From Hormiphora californensis (lineage: Eukaryota > Animalia > Ctenophora), in assembly GCA_020137815.1 (NCBI GenBank), contig CM035362.1:5146001-5210000 (forward strand): a DNA stretch of 64,000 nucleotides, written 5' to 3'. This document shows positions 12,601-25,679 of the stretch, in pieces; positions within the stretch are counted from its first letter, which is position 1, and each line of letters opens with the position of its first letter. The translations under genes and the position numbers were made by a program. The notes under the pieces are model-generated. The model did not search any database and was not told the origin of the DNA. It saw nothing but the letters and a program-made list of their open reading frames with translations.

Positions 12601-14557
12601 GTAAATGGGAGGTAGGGAAGCTGAGAGATGGAGTAAATGGGAGGTAGGGAAGCTGAGAGATGGAGTAAATGGGAGGTAGGGAAGCTGAGAGATGGAGTAA
12701 ATGGGAGGTAGGGTAGCTGATAGATGGAGTAAATGGGAGGTAGGGAAGCTGAGAGATGGAGTAAATGGAAGGTAGGTAAGCTGAGAGATGGAGTAAATGG
12801 GAGGTAGGGAAGCTGAGAGATGGAGTAAATGGGAGGTAGGGTAGCTGATAGATGGAGTGAATGGGAGGTTGGGTAGCTGAGAGATGGAGTAAATGGGAGG
12901 TAGTGTAGCTGAGGGATGGAGTAAATGGGAGGTAGGAAAGCTGAGAAATGGAGTAAATGGGAGGTAGGGTAGCTGAGAGATGGAGTAAATGGGTGGTAGG
13001 GTAGCTGAGAGATGGAGTAAATGGGAGGTAGGGAAGGTGAGGGATGGAGTAAATGGGAGGTAGGGAAGCTGAGAGATGGAGTAAATGGGAGGTAGGTAAG
13101 CTGAGAGATGGAGTAAATGGGAGGTAGGGAAGCTGAGAGATGGAGTAAATGGGAGGTAGGTAAGCTGAGAGATGGAGTAAATGGGAGGTAGGGTATCTGA
13201 AAGATGGAGTAAATGGCAGGTAGGGAAGCTGAGATATGGAGTAAATGGGAGGTAGGGAAGCTGAGAGATGGAGTAAATGAGAGGTAGGGTAGCTGATAGA
13301 TGGAGTGAATGGGAGGTTGGGTAGCTGAGAGATGGAGTAAATGGGAGGTAGGGAAGCTGAGAGATGGAGTAAATGGGAGGTAGGGAAGCTGAGAGATGGA
13401 GTAAATGGGAGGTAGGGAAGCTGAGAGATGGAGTAAATGGGAGGTAGGGTAGCTGATAGATGGAGTGAATGGGAGGTTGGGTAGCTGAGAGATGGAGTAA
13501 ATGGGAGGTAGGGTAGCTGAGGGATGGAGTAAATGGGAGGTAGGGAAGCTGAGAGATGGAGTAAATGGAAGGTAGGTAAGCTGAGAGATGGAGTAAATGG
13601 GAGGTAGGTAAGCTGAGAGATGGAGTAAATGGGAGGTAGGGAAGCTGAGAGATGGAGTAAATGGGAGGTAGGGTAGCTGAGAGATGGACTAGATTAGGGG
13701 TAGGGTAGCTGAAAGATGGAGTTGATGAGGGCTAGGGAAGCATAGAGATGGAAACGATTATGGATAGGGATTGCCTACCCCTAATCGTTTCCATCTCTAT
13801 GCTTCCCTAATAGGGAAGCTGAGAGATGGAGTAGATGAGGAGTAGGGTAGCTGAGAGATGGACTAGATAAGGGGTAGGGTAGCTGAAAGATGGAGTAGAT
13901 GAGGGGTAGGGTAGCTGAAAGATGGAGTAGATGAGGGGTAGGGTAGCTGAGAGATCGAGTTGATGAGGGGTAGGATAGCTGAGAGATGGAGTAGATCAAG
14001 ATCAAGAAATATTTGATTCGGCACCGACCCTCTCTCTACTCCTCGATGTTTCCCGCCATGTTCTGCAGCTGCTGTGTGAGAGTTGAACGCGAGCGCGTCA
14101 ATAACATGACACGACATGCAACACGACATGCAACACGACATGCGAGATGCGAATTTCATTATTTTGAAGTTTTGTGGGGTTGCGATTTTTGTTTTAGGTC
14201 GGAGAGTGAAACGGCCGGTACAGTGGTAAACTAGATTAAAAACTGTACGCCTCGTTAGACGGCGATTTTTCCTATCTTGTCTGGTTCCTGAGATATGGCC
14301 CCCTAAAGAGTTGGTGTCTCAAACTGCTGAATCGGGGTCACGCGAGGAAATCGGGCATCAGTTTGCGTGTACTGCTCCGTTTTTCACGGGACTTGAACGA
14401 GGGTGACGGCAAGAGTCTCACCTATTACATGGTATCCTTACATTGTGTATTAAATCTAAAATGACTGAGCAGCATGCTTGTTAATGAACCTTGACGTGTT
14501 TGCTTGTCTCGCAAGCGCGCTCGCGACTAGCAAACACGACATGCAGTTCACACCCTG
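9618..14557. mobile_element. Giant foldback element (4.9 kb) with satellite-filled inverted arms
   Basis: CAGGGTGTGAACTGC...GCAGTTCACACCCTG; ~900-bp near-identical mirror arms (mirror ORFs in the track); TTTAA on both flanks (9613-9617, 14558-14562) is a possible TSD. Confidence 0.88.
10180..13995. repeat. 32-bp tandem satellite (CTACCTCCCATTTACTCCATCTCTCAGCTTCC) that switches orientation at ~11608-11630
   Basis: Period 32 (e.g. 10761 vs 10793); C-rich strand left of the switch, G-rich strand right of it. Confidence 0.95.
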
Positions 14558-14862
14558 TTTAAACGACACTGGAAGTTCTAATTCTGTCATGGAGATGTTT
14601 TGGAACAGATCAGTGCAGGAACGCGCGAAGACACGCTTGTGTGGTGTCAGTTGGTTTCTGGCGCGGGCTGCCTCTTGCCAACGCGCGCAGCATCGTCTTG
14701 GAGTTGGGAATGGGAGTGGAAACCGGAACCGGAACAACCACTTCTAAAAAAGTCATTTGGTGAAATTGAGAGTTTATCCCATGTAACCGGTTAACTCAGT
14801 GTCGAAAAATAAACATATGAATGATTTTTACAGCAGTTCCACATTGTAAACCGAAACGGTGA

Positions 14863-15250
14863 ATAAGGAACCATAATAAAGTTCAAGAGCCTCCAAGAGC
14901 ACCCAAGAGCGCACCCTATCGAAGAGAGACCACACCTGAGAGCGCACCATACCCAAAAGAGACCACATCCAAGAGCGCACCACCTCCAGAAGACACCACT
15001 TCAAGAGCGCACCACATCAAAGAGAGCTCCCCATCCAGAAGATACCACGCGCAGGGGACACCACGCGCAGAAGAGACCAGCGCGGCGTTGTATTTGCGCG
15101 TGCGGTATCTTCTGCGCGTGGTGTCCCCTGCGCGCGGTATCTTCTGGATGGGGAGCTCTCTTTGATGTGGTGCGCTCTCGGAGTGGTGTCTTTTTGAGGT
15201 GGTACGCTCTTGGATGGGGTGCGCTCTTGAACTTTATTATGGTTCCTTAT
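14863..15250. mobile_element. Palindromic MITE with internal AAGAGCGCACC-type repeats
   Basis: TIR ATAAGGAACCATAATAAAGTTCAAGAGC / GCTCTTGAACTTTATTATGGTTCCTTAT. Confidence 0.8.
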
Positions 15251-15367
15251 AAAATTTAGAAACTATGATTGCGCGGATTTCTTTTGCGCGTTTTTAATGC
15301 GCGCGCTTATTGAGAATTTTCGACCTAAATTTTAACCCGAATTCGGCGGAAACGAAAAAACGGAACT

Positions 15368-15947
15368 CGGCCAGCGTTAAAATCTGGGTGTTTCGTGAGT
15401 GCTGACAAACGGTTTTTTAGGGTTAGGGCTAAAGTAGGGTTAGGGTTAGGGTTGGGGTTTGGGTTGGGGTTAGGCCTTGACATTCCCTACCAGATAAACT
15501 TTGAATTAGCCAAAACGGTTGAGTGGTTCGGCGGTTAGAGCCGTTTTAGTGAATCAACTTTTTTGGCAGCGCGCACCTGTAAACAGGCCACCAAACACCC
15601 AGATCGTAACGGCGCCCACGGAACTCGGCCAGCGTTTAAATCTGGGTGTTTTGTTAAAATCTGGGCGCCGTTAAAATTTGGGTGCCGTTACGATCTGGGT
15701 GTTTGGTGGCTTGTTTAAAAAACAGCACGGTTCCGGCTTCCATGAAAGTTGATTCACTAAAATGGCTCTAACCGCCAAACCACTCAACCGTTTTGGCTAA
15801 TTCAAAGTTTATCTGGTAGGACATGTCAAGGCCTAACCCCAACCCAAACCCCAACCCTAACCCTACTTTAGCAGTTAGCCCTAACCCTAAAAATAAAAAA
15901 TAATAATTGTCAGCACTCACGAAACACCCAGATTTTAACGCTGGCCG
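15368..15947. mobile_element. Palindromic repeat element with TTAGGG-like tracts
   Basis: IR CGGCCAGCGTTAAAATCTGGGTGTTTCGTGAGTGCTGACAA at both ends; related copy at ~62288-62545. Confidence 0.75.
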
Positions 15948-16166
15948 TTTTTTACCTACCAGATAAACTTTGAACTAAAACGGTTGAGTGGTTTGTTATT
16001 TTTATCACTTCCAAACAGTGATACAATGTGGGTTTGGGAATATAAGTGAGAGTGTCTGTTAAATATCTACTGACTATTAATTATGATTACCCGTGCTCGG
16101 GTGGCATTATTATTCGTGTTTATTTATTAATTATTACGTGGGTGTGTTGGAAAAAAAGTTAATTTG

Positions 16167-16757
16167 TGTAAGCGTGGGGCTACTTTTCCCACGCTTGCAG
16201 CATTCCTGACTTATCCATACCTCGAACCCCTGTCGGGGATGCTGTGGTTGTTCGTGACTTTCATGTTCCTATGAGCCTGTGTTCTATACTCTCCATCTCT
16301 TGGCCGGAAATGATATGACATGTAGTGTGTGTGTGTACTCTGTCGACCAAGAGAGAGAGAGATAGTTCAGAGAGGTTGGTTGCACAACCATGTGAAGGTG
16401 GTTGTGCAACCACAGTGGATGGTTGTGAAACCATAGAGTGATGGTTGCGCAACCCCAGCGGTTGGTTGCACAACCACAGGAGGACGGTTGTGCAACCAAA
16501 GACTATATAAGGGGAGGAGTTTAGGGTCTTAGAGAGCTTTTTGGTTGCCCACAGACTTTGCCTCCGCCCTCCAGTCTAGCCCAGTCAGCTTTCACTCGAG
16601 TGAGCTAGCGAGAGTGTGTTATAGTGTGATGAATGCTTTGTCTCTGTGATATTAGTATTATTTTCTCCCACCCGCAAATTGTGTCTCTTACTGAACCCGA
16701 TACGCGTATTGTCTAGAAATATAACTTATTGAGACAGAGGGTCTCGATATGTTTACA
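16167..16757 (+). repeat. 5' LTR
   Basis: TGTAAGCG...GTTTACA; TATA box CTATATAAG at ~16503; repeated GGTTGTGCAACC palindromes. Confidence 0.92.
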
Positions 16758-17519
16758 ATGGAGCCCGATGCGAAATTATTCGAACCTTTGACCAGTGAGA
16801 AATCAGGGCGGAAGTACTGATCGGATGCGTGGCATAGAGATTAGAGAACAATTTGTTTTTGTAGGGTGGAGGTCTTTCTAATGAAAGACGAAGCTTTCAT
16901 CTAGGAGTTTTTTTTAAAAGTTGATTTTATGATACAAATATGTTGTCTGTGGACTGTGAGTTGTGACACTAAATAGTTACTGTGAATTAGAAAGCAGTTA
17001 TATTTTGCTCCCTACCTCTTCTTGTATTGATTGAGGTTGTACCTCAAGTATTGGGGTCTGTGACTCAAAGTCAGTCGTGAGATGGTGGTAGCCTGACCAG
17101 TGTGGGATGGCTACAGCCCAGTGCGATTTTGATTTCTAGCTTGCCTTTCTAGTCTGAGGTTGTACCTCAAGTATTGGGGTCTGTGACTCAAAGTCAATCG
17201 TGAGATGGTGGTAGCCTGACCAGTGTGGGATGGTTACAGCCCAGTACGATTTTAGGTCTCTAGTTCACGTTTAGTTTGAAGTTGTACCTCAGGAATTGAG
17301 GGGTCTGCACTGTGACTCCAGGCATATTGTGACTTAATAGAGGAGGAGAGATTGGGGGGATACGTATAAGGTGAGAGAAGAAAGTCAAGAGAAGAGAAAA
17401 GCTGACCCGGAAGTGAGAGAGAAGAAGGAGAGCATGAGAATATAATAGAATAATGTTATTGTTCATTTGATTTGTCACGAGTTAGTTCTTCTTTTTTTTA
17501 ATTTGCACTAATATCACAG

Positions 17520-17951
17520 ATGGAGTTTGATAATGAGTTAGATGCCCTTTTGGGTTTGAGTGATTTTCTGGGCTTTGGCAACGAGGCCACGCTCGAGTTG
17601 CCCGATATGGCGAACCCGGGTTTGTCGTTAACGGGAGTTGGGGATTCGCCGATGGAGGATAGTCATGTACAGACGGGCCGAGTATCGGTAGATGCTCCGA
17701 CCAAGAAGGGTAGGGGTGGTAAGGTCAAGACCGGTAGGGATAGAGCACCGTACTACCGGTCTTACCGGCAAAAGAAAAAGGCCCGGTCAAGTAGTCTGGT
17801 GTCAAGCCTCCAGGAGGATATTGTTGCTTTGAAAAGAAGCAACGATGTCCTCCAGGCGGAGAAAGAAATCCTCGAGTTTCAACTCGAGGAGTGGAAAATA
17901 AAAGAGAAGAGGGAAAAGGCCCAGAAGAGGCTTGACACCTTGAGAAGTTAG
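17520..17951 (+). CDS. bZIP-like protein inside the LTR element
   Basis: Acidic N-terminus; basic region RDRAPYYRSYRQKKKAR followed by heptad leucines LQEDIVALKRSNDVLQAEKEIL. Confidence 0.55.
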   Translation: MEFDNELDALLGLSDFLGFGNEATLELPDMANPGLSLTGVGDSPMEDSHVQTGRVSVDAPTKKGRGGKVKTGRDRAPYYRSYRQKKKARSSSLVSSLQEDIVALKRSNDVLQAEKEILEFQLEEWKIKEKREKAQKRLDTLRS

Positions 17952-20900
17952 TTGGTCCGGGCTGGCTGTTCCTAGTCGTGTTTGACAATTGATCGATTGT
18001 AGAATACGTATATTGGGGGCCGGAGAAGAGTTACCTCTTGATTGGTGAAGTAAACGGGGTTCATTCCGGGATCATATCGGGGGCCTTGTTGGGTCTGGAT
18101 GGGAGGCAAGGTTGTGCCTGCTTGCTTTGGGGTTTGCTGGGTTCGACGCTTGAATGGAGGGGAAGGAGGTTGTGCTTGGTGGTGTCATGGTTGAGTGGAG
18201 CTCCCTGAACGTGCTGCGAAGAGAATGGGAGGTGACGTCTTATTTCTTGAATTATGGCTTTCGGGGCACTAGAGTGGCTGGGTTGGAGGGAATACTAAGT
18301 TGTTTATTATCCAACACTGGTGCGAGCCAATGTTTTGTTATAATCTTTCGTTCTTCCGCTGTGCTCTCAGTGCTTACATGCTGATTAGTTTGAATTCGTG
18401 CATTATCTTGCGTTCTCTATGATTTTATTATTAAAGTATTCAACACTACTTTAAGCGGATTAATTTGTTGTTCCTCCTTGTCTTGGATGCTTGATGAGGA
18501 AGTGGAAAAAATGCCAAAAAAAAAAAAAAAAAAAAAAAAGTGCTAGCAATGAGATTGCTTCATAGTCAAACTATTCGGACTGGGCGCACCGAGTACTTTT
18601 AGATTTGATTGTCAAACTTTTTAACACTGCTTTTAATTTTTTCGTTGTAGGTTGTGATTAGTTCGTTGAAGTTAGTTGTCTACCTTTGTATTTTTTTTGT
18701 GTTGTAGTTAATAAATTTATTTTGTCGTAATTTCAAACTTTTCAACACTGCTTCTTATCTGAATGTATAGTACTTTTGGTGTTGTAGATCAGTCATTTAT
18801 TTGGTCGTAATTAATTTTGTAACAAACAAGACAAGACAAGAAACGTCCCAGTAGAGTCTCCGGAAATGGTTGACTGTTGAGAGACGTCAGCAGTAGGATG
18901 GAGACAGTTGGTGGTGGCCCACTGCCGGTGGAGGAGCAGCCCAGAGTGGTGACACGATAGGAGGAGAGAATAACAAGGTCTCATACATGTTAGGAAATGG
19001 GGGGAGGTGGCCAGCCAGGCGTCACTATATCCCGAGAAATGAAGCAGACTACCGATAGAGAGGAAGGAGCTCGGATGTTGAAATTGAAGAAAGGAGTTCC
19101 ATATTTAGCGAGAAGAGGTTGTATACCAGCTGATATCCAGCCGATTGCCGTGCGGCTGGCCGTGCGAATGATAGCGTCAGAACTGATATTATATCCGGAT
19201 TTCATGGATGCGATTGTAAATAAGGGGAAAGCAGAGCGGCCAGCGGGGTCTATCCACCAGGGCCGGGGAGACAGAGTAACTGCCGTATTAAAACAAGAAA
19301 GGTACCAGGTGATGAGCACTGGGAATTAACACCTACTGACATGGACTTGGTACTGAGTTCCAACAATATGGGCGGAATATGGGTAAATGGACCATTCCGT
19401 GCCCACCAAGAGAAGCATGAGGAAAGGGCAAGAAAAGAAACATAACGCTGTATGGTGATGAAAGCCCTGACGTATTGCGAAGGGAAATCAACACTCGGCT
19501 GCAGTACGTTTTAGAAGTGATCAAGTCTCTTAGGGCTAAGTTAGAGTATCGATGTCCGGCCGCCGCTGAAAATTCAGCCAGATACTGCTTTGGATAGTTC
19601 GGTATCAGGAGTACCCATGATTGACCAACTAGACACGGACGCGGACGGGGTATACAACCCTGAGGATTGGGGAACTAGGTTTGGAGGACCTAGATCGGCA
19701 TGAGGAAGAAGAAGAAACGAGAACAGCGGAGCCTCACCTGGCTTGGCGGGTTCTCGGAATCACCTCCATCTCCTGGGAGGTTGTGATGGACGCTTTCTGG
19801 AAATGGTTTACCAGAGAGGTGTGTTTGTGGCCTGTAGTGTGATCCTGTTGGAAGGTCCCAATTAGGATACTGGTCAGCAAGTTTTGAAAGATGGGGTTCC
19901 AGAGGAGAAACAGGACTGACTCACCTGAGAGGATATAAGTGGAACCAAGAGGGGCGCCGAAACCTCTCAATCAACAGAGGAGATCGGGCCTAAAGTGCGG
20001 AGACTGAAGGGAGGAGAGAGAAGTAGAGGAGGAGGTATCCCTGGGTAAGAATTACTACCTGATTGCTTGTGTAAATTGCTATCAGACTTGTGTCAAAGTC
20101 TGTTATGATCCTCGTTCCGCATGGGGAACGGAGGAGTTTGTTCGCATCCTGTTTAGTGGTGTCTGTTCGGGGAATTGGGCCCAAAAATACCTCGACCGAC
20201 ATACTGACAGTGACTCAGCGCTGAGACAAGAGCAAACAATGAAGAGAGAGGAGATACCACATGAAGGGGCCTAACCCCCCTTGGTGGTGAGAGAGAAAAT
20301 GAGCGATATCGTTTGAGGGTCAGGCGGGGTAAAAATATGAAGTACAGGAGAATGAGGAGAGGAGAAGTAACGAGTCACCCCTCCATGAAAATGCCTGACA
20401 GAGAGGAGTAAAGATTGAAACTCTACCCCCACTTAATTCAGTTTCCGCAGAGTATGAAAGTGATAAAAGTGCCGTATTTAGAAACGGTAGCTTGTATCGC
20501 TTGATATAGATACTGTGCCTCCTGGTGGAAGGAACTATGGCATATTATGAGTAGAGGACACAAGCTGTGAAAGAAGTGGCAAACTAAGCTTGAGGAGGAT
20601 CGGGACCAACTCGGAAGGCATTTTTCTGCCTGAGCGATGAGGAAGTGTGTAATCTTGAGTTGGCAGGGATTCAAGTTCGAACTAAATACGAGGTTCGGGC
20701 TGCAAGAAAAGAAATTCCTGCTAAGTTTTCAAAAGTGGGTGACCAACGAGAACCCAGACAGGGGAGGTGGAATTGCGACAGACAGTCACGTTTGAAGTCC
20801 TGAGGAGAGACACCCCTGGTATCCCTCGTGGCAGGCAGGTAGTTATAACAGCTTGTTCATGCTAGCTATTAAACAAAAAGGTACACTGCTGTTGTACATT

Positions 20901-22886
20901 ATAGATCAGTATGTATACGCTTTGTTATGTCAGTCGGGATTTTGATGTGCACAGTTTTTGTTGTTTTGTTGTTAGGTACAAAGCATAAAATAGGTATACC
21001 TTGTCAGCTGTTTATTTTAATTTGATACACGCTAAGCGTGTGCATTCATTTATGTACACCATTGTTTTTCGATTAGCACGCTATACTAATTGCTGAACCC
21101 GGTTAATCAGCTGTTTAAATCAAATTAATTAGAAAATGGGAAACCTATCCTAGTGAAGTCAAAGTATTGCAGTAGAGCAGATGAAATATGCCCATAGCTG
21201 TACGCCTTGATTCTGAGAGAAGTGATAAGAATTAGTAGCAACAAGAATTGTTTGCATTGTGTTTTGTGGTGCTGCGTTTCCCTGCCGTTGCTGGCCGGCA
21301 GCTGCGGCCGGGACCCGGGATGGACCGGGATGCGGTCCCATTTTGTGATATGATCTGATGGCAATTGTGCCATCACATGTTACTGGTAATCTACAGACTG
21401 GTTCAAGAGCCGGTTGGGTCAAATATGCTATAAAATCCTGTAAAGGTTGTGTGCCCCTTGTGTGCTCAGCTCAATGTACAGTCGGGCCTATTTTAGCTAA
21501 AAGCGAATTCGTCAGAGGGACGTGCCAGTTAGTAAGCGAGAATAGCTGTTGTGAATGGGCATTGGGCAGATGATGTTATGTCTGTGGAACGGTAGTCGGC
21601 TCAAACTGCGCCTGCTTAGTTCAGCAGGAGGCTGAAGACTATAAGTGGAGTGAAGTAGTTTGTGCACCATTATGATGGTTGGTAACGGGAGTACTGACTT
21701 GGTTGGCAGTGCAGCTGTGCAGTACCAAGTGTTGGTGACTTCACTGCCGAGAGATGGGGAATGAATGAGAAGGCTTAGTGCTGGCTTGGCACAGTGGGTA
21801 AATATGCCGCTTGATGGTCGTTTAGTAAATAAGGGAAAATGCACTGTGAAATTGACCTGTTTAGAATATCTGGAATAGAAACAATCCTTGTGTTTTAATA
21901 GAAAATTCCAAAAATTGTCTTTTTATTTCAAAAAGGAAACTCGGGAAACTTTAGTATAAATGTTTGATCTTAAATAGACATTTAAACCATAAAACTGTCT
22001 AGTGATCCTTAGAAACTACAAAATCCCCTAAATTAATTGTATTTCTAGCTGTTGTGCATCCAGTTTTTATTAAAACTGAAACATTTGTTTTATTAATAAT
22101 GCAGTGTAGCGGTGAATAGCGGTACATAATTTTTGTTGTAGGATACTCGGAAGGGTCTATATTTACACGTGTAACCATTGAATTTTCCGCCTAATGACGC
22201 CCAAACTACTATTTTTACTCTTATTTTCGTAAAAATAGGGTAATTTTACTATGCACACAGAAATGTTCACCGCCTATGAACGGAAAATCCAATTACCACA
22301 TACTAAAAAGCATTGAAAAGACAAAATTATGATGAGTATGGTAAACATCTAGTTTGTCAGAGATAACAAACATATAATGTAAGAAAAATAATCTGAAAAT
22401 TGATAAATTTGACTGCCAAAATTGATTTGATTGCCAGAATTTAAGTTTGCGCATATTGTTTTATTCATAACATAGGCATATCTTAATATTTTTTGATGCG
22501 GTTTTTTGTACTGGCTAGACCTAATAATTCTCTATTGGGTAGCAAATTTGCAGCGAAATCGATTTTTTCCCCTAAACGACCATCGTTACCCACTGTGCTT
22601 GGTGACTTCACTGCCGAGTGAGCTGATGTTCCCACGCCAGCACTCACAAGCCAAGCCCGGGCAGGCTAATTATTATCATCTCTTCTTCTTATCTCTTCAA
22701 GCTGTCTTTCTCTTGTCTCGTTTCTTCCTTCGCTCCTCTTGTTGTTGTGAACCCGCCCAGTGCTCCCCCTCCCGTTTAGGGCTGTGCCCTCGAGGGGGGC
22801 ACTGTTGTAATAATATTTCTATTGGAAATTTCGGTGGGAGGTAGTATCATGGCTCCTCTCACTTTTTGGACATTGTGGGGAGTGGT

Positions 22887-23280
<394 letters not shown>

Positions 23281-24786
23281 AGATTGATTGGACTAGTGAT
23301 GGCTCTCTCGTACCGTCATACGGTTGGTGACCAAAATCAAGTGGTACTGACTTGATCATGTGTGATGGATGATGTGATACGTCATGTGACGGGATGTTTG
23401 CGGCTCTCGGCGTGTGCTGTGGCCCCCGTTTGATACGATCGATTCGAAGATTATTGATGTTCACAGCTACAGTGGTGCTATTACTCTGTGTGAGATGGCA
23501 GTTGCAGTGGTGTGATTGCTCTGTGTGAGTATACTGCTTAGTTTGTGGGTAACGTGTGGATGTGAATAAAGAAGTGGGAAACATTTTATTTAGGCAAGGG
23601 TGTTAATTTTGTAATATATAACCAATAATGGGTGGGAGAATCTGTGTGTTAAATGTGTGTGAGAGGCAAAGGACAATAAAATATCAGCCAGGATGATGGA
23701 TCTTTGTAGCTGATCTAACGCCCGCCACTTTTACTGGATGTCGCAAAAACAATTATCAGTAGCTTTCGAATGAACTATGTCGATCGCCTTCAGCTGAGGA
23801 ATGGATGGTTCTGGAATCAGATGGTAAGACCCTGCGTATTCAAACTTGATGGATCAGGATTTGAAAATGGAGAGATAGGTCAAAGAAAGGTCGTGAACAG
23901 AGGGGCTGCCTAGTTAAGCTCCAAAGATAGACTATACATTTTGGCTGTCAGCAGGTTCCGTACAAGTCCATACGGTCCCGTCTACGATTCTACTTCATCG
24001 GTTTGGAGGATCAATGATCACGATCCTCCTCCCGCGACCTGGCCTATCCCTCCAATATTGGGTGCCTCTGCATGAATGCTACAGAACAACCCGGATGGAA
24101 GGAACATCACATCATACCTATTCCAAACCTGGACATTGATTGTGGAAGGCGTGGCAATTTTTCGACCGGGGCTGCATCATCTCTTGGACAAGAATACTCC
24201 CATTGCTCCCAGTGTTAGCGCTGAAATAGACTGACCCGAGCATCACTCACATGAGTGTAAATTTGTTTGCTGTGCAGAGTGAGCAGTGACCTTGTTTAAT
24301 TAGGTCAATAGATTACCCCACTAAGACCACATCATCAACTTCAGATAGTAATGAATATAGTGTGAATGTTTTTGCTGTGCGTAATCTTAATTGAATAAGA
24401 ATTCAAGATGAGAAAAGTTGATGATGTGGTCGGGGTGGATAGCTATTAGGACGCAATGCTGTGAGTGGCTGAAGAGATGAGTTTATATTTTGGTTGGAGT
24501 TTAAATTGAAGTTTAAATTAAACGTTTTAGAGGAACTTTAAGTTCAATTTTTAGATAAATCTTTAGAGGTATTTTTAAAATTTGTGAGTTCGTGTGCATG
24601 TGGGTTAGTTAGTCATTAGTGTGTATTATAATTTGAGTAGAACTTTCAATACTCGAGTTGAGGACCTGACTTGTGAGGCTTGGATTTGCTGTAGCTTGAT
24701 ATTTTTTCGGAAGTGGCGGTGGGAACCTGATGGTTCGAGCAATCAGCTGTTTTCGACGGGAGAGGATATTGTTCAGAGTGTGGGAG

Positions 24787-25380
24787 TGTAAGCGTGGGGC
24801 TACTTTTCCCACGCTTGCAGCATTCCTGACTTATCCATACCTCGAACCCCTGTCGGGGATGCTGTGGTTGTTCGTGACTTTCATGTTCCTATGAGCCTGT
24901 GTTCTATACTCTCCATCTCTTGGCCGGAAATGATATGACATGTAGTGTGTGTGTGTACTCTGTCGGCCGGGAGAGAGAGATAGATCAGAGAGGTTGGTTG
25001 CACAACCATGTGGAGGTGGTTGTGCAACCACAGTGGATGGTTGTGAAACCATAGAGTGATGGTTGCGCAACCCCAGCGGTTGGTTGCGCAACCACAGGAG
25101 GACGGTTGTGCAACCAAAGACTATATAAGGGGAGGAGTTTAGGGTCTTAGGGGCTTTTTGGTTGCCCTCAGACTTTGCCTCTGCCCTCCAGTCTAGCCCA
25201 GTCAGCTTCCACTCGAGTGAGCTAGCGAGAGTGTGTTATAGTGTGATGAATGCTTTGTCTCTGTGATATTAGTATTACTTAGTTCTCCCACCCGCAAATT
25301 GTGTCTCTTACTGAACCCGATATAATGCGTATTGTCTAGAAATATAACTTATTGAGACAGAGGGTCTCAATATGTTTACA
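24787..25380 (+). repeat. 3' LTR
   Basis: Near-identical to 16167-16757, with a few substitutions and indels. Confidence 0.92.
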
Positions 25381-25679
25381 TTTGTGTTTTTTGTGTGTTG
25401 AACATAAACGTAGTCAAACGCAATGAGAAAGTGACTGATGATATGGTATATTATATCTAATAGTAGGGGCACTTAGACCAGCACGTGGTTAAAGTCTAGT
25501 ACCAAACTTTTTGCACATTGTCATAACTCCTTTATGTCACCACCAATCACGTGCATGATCTAAGCGCTCCTACTATAACAATCTGGTTAGTTTTTATCTA
25601 TAAATTATCTTCTCAACACTGAACACCGCTGTTTGAACATAAAGATAAGACTTAACGCCTATTTTTATCCCATCAAGGT

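Noticed and set aside
10180-13995. 32-bp repeat array as a CRISPR
   Set aside because: Units are contiguous with no unique spacers, the context is eukaryotic and there are no cas genes
6169-14234. Pairs of identical ORFs on opposite strands as duplicated genes
   Set aside because: They are by-products of the inverted arms of foldback elements, with no protein motifs
15416-15475. TTAGGG tracts as a telomere or interstitial telomere
   Set aside because: Only a few degenerate units, embedded symmetrically in a palindromic repeat family
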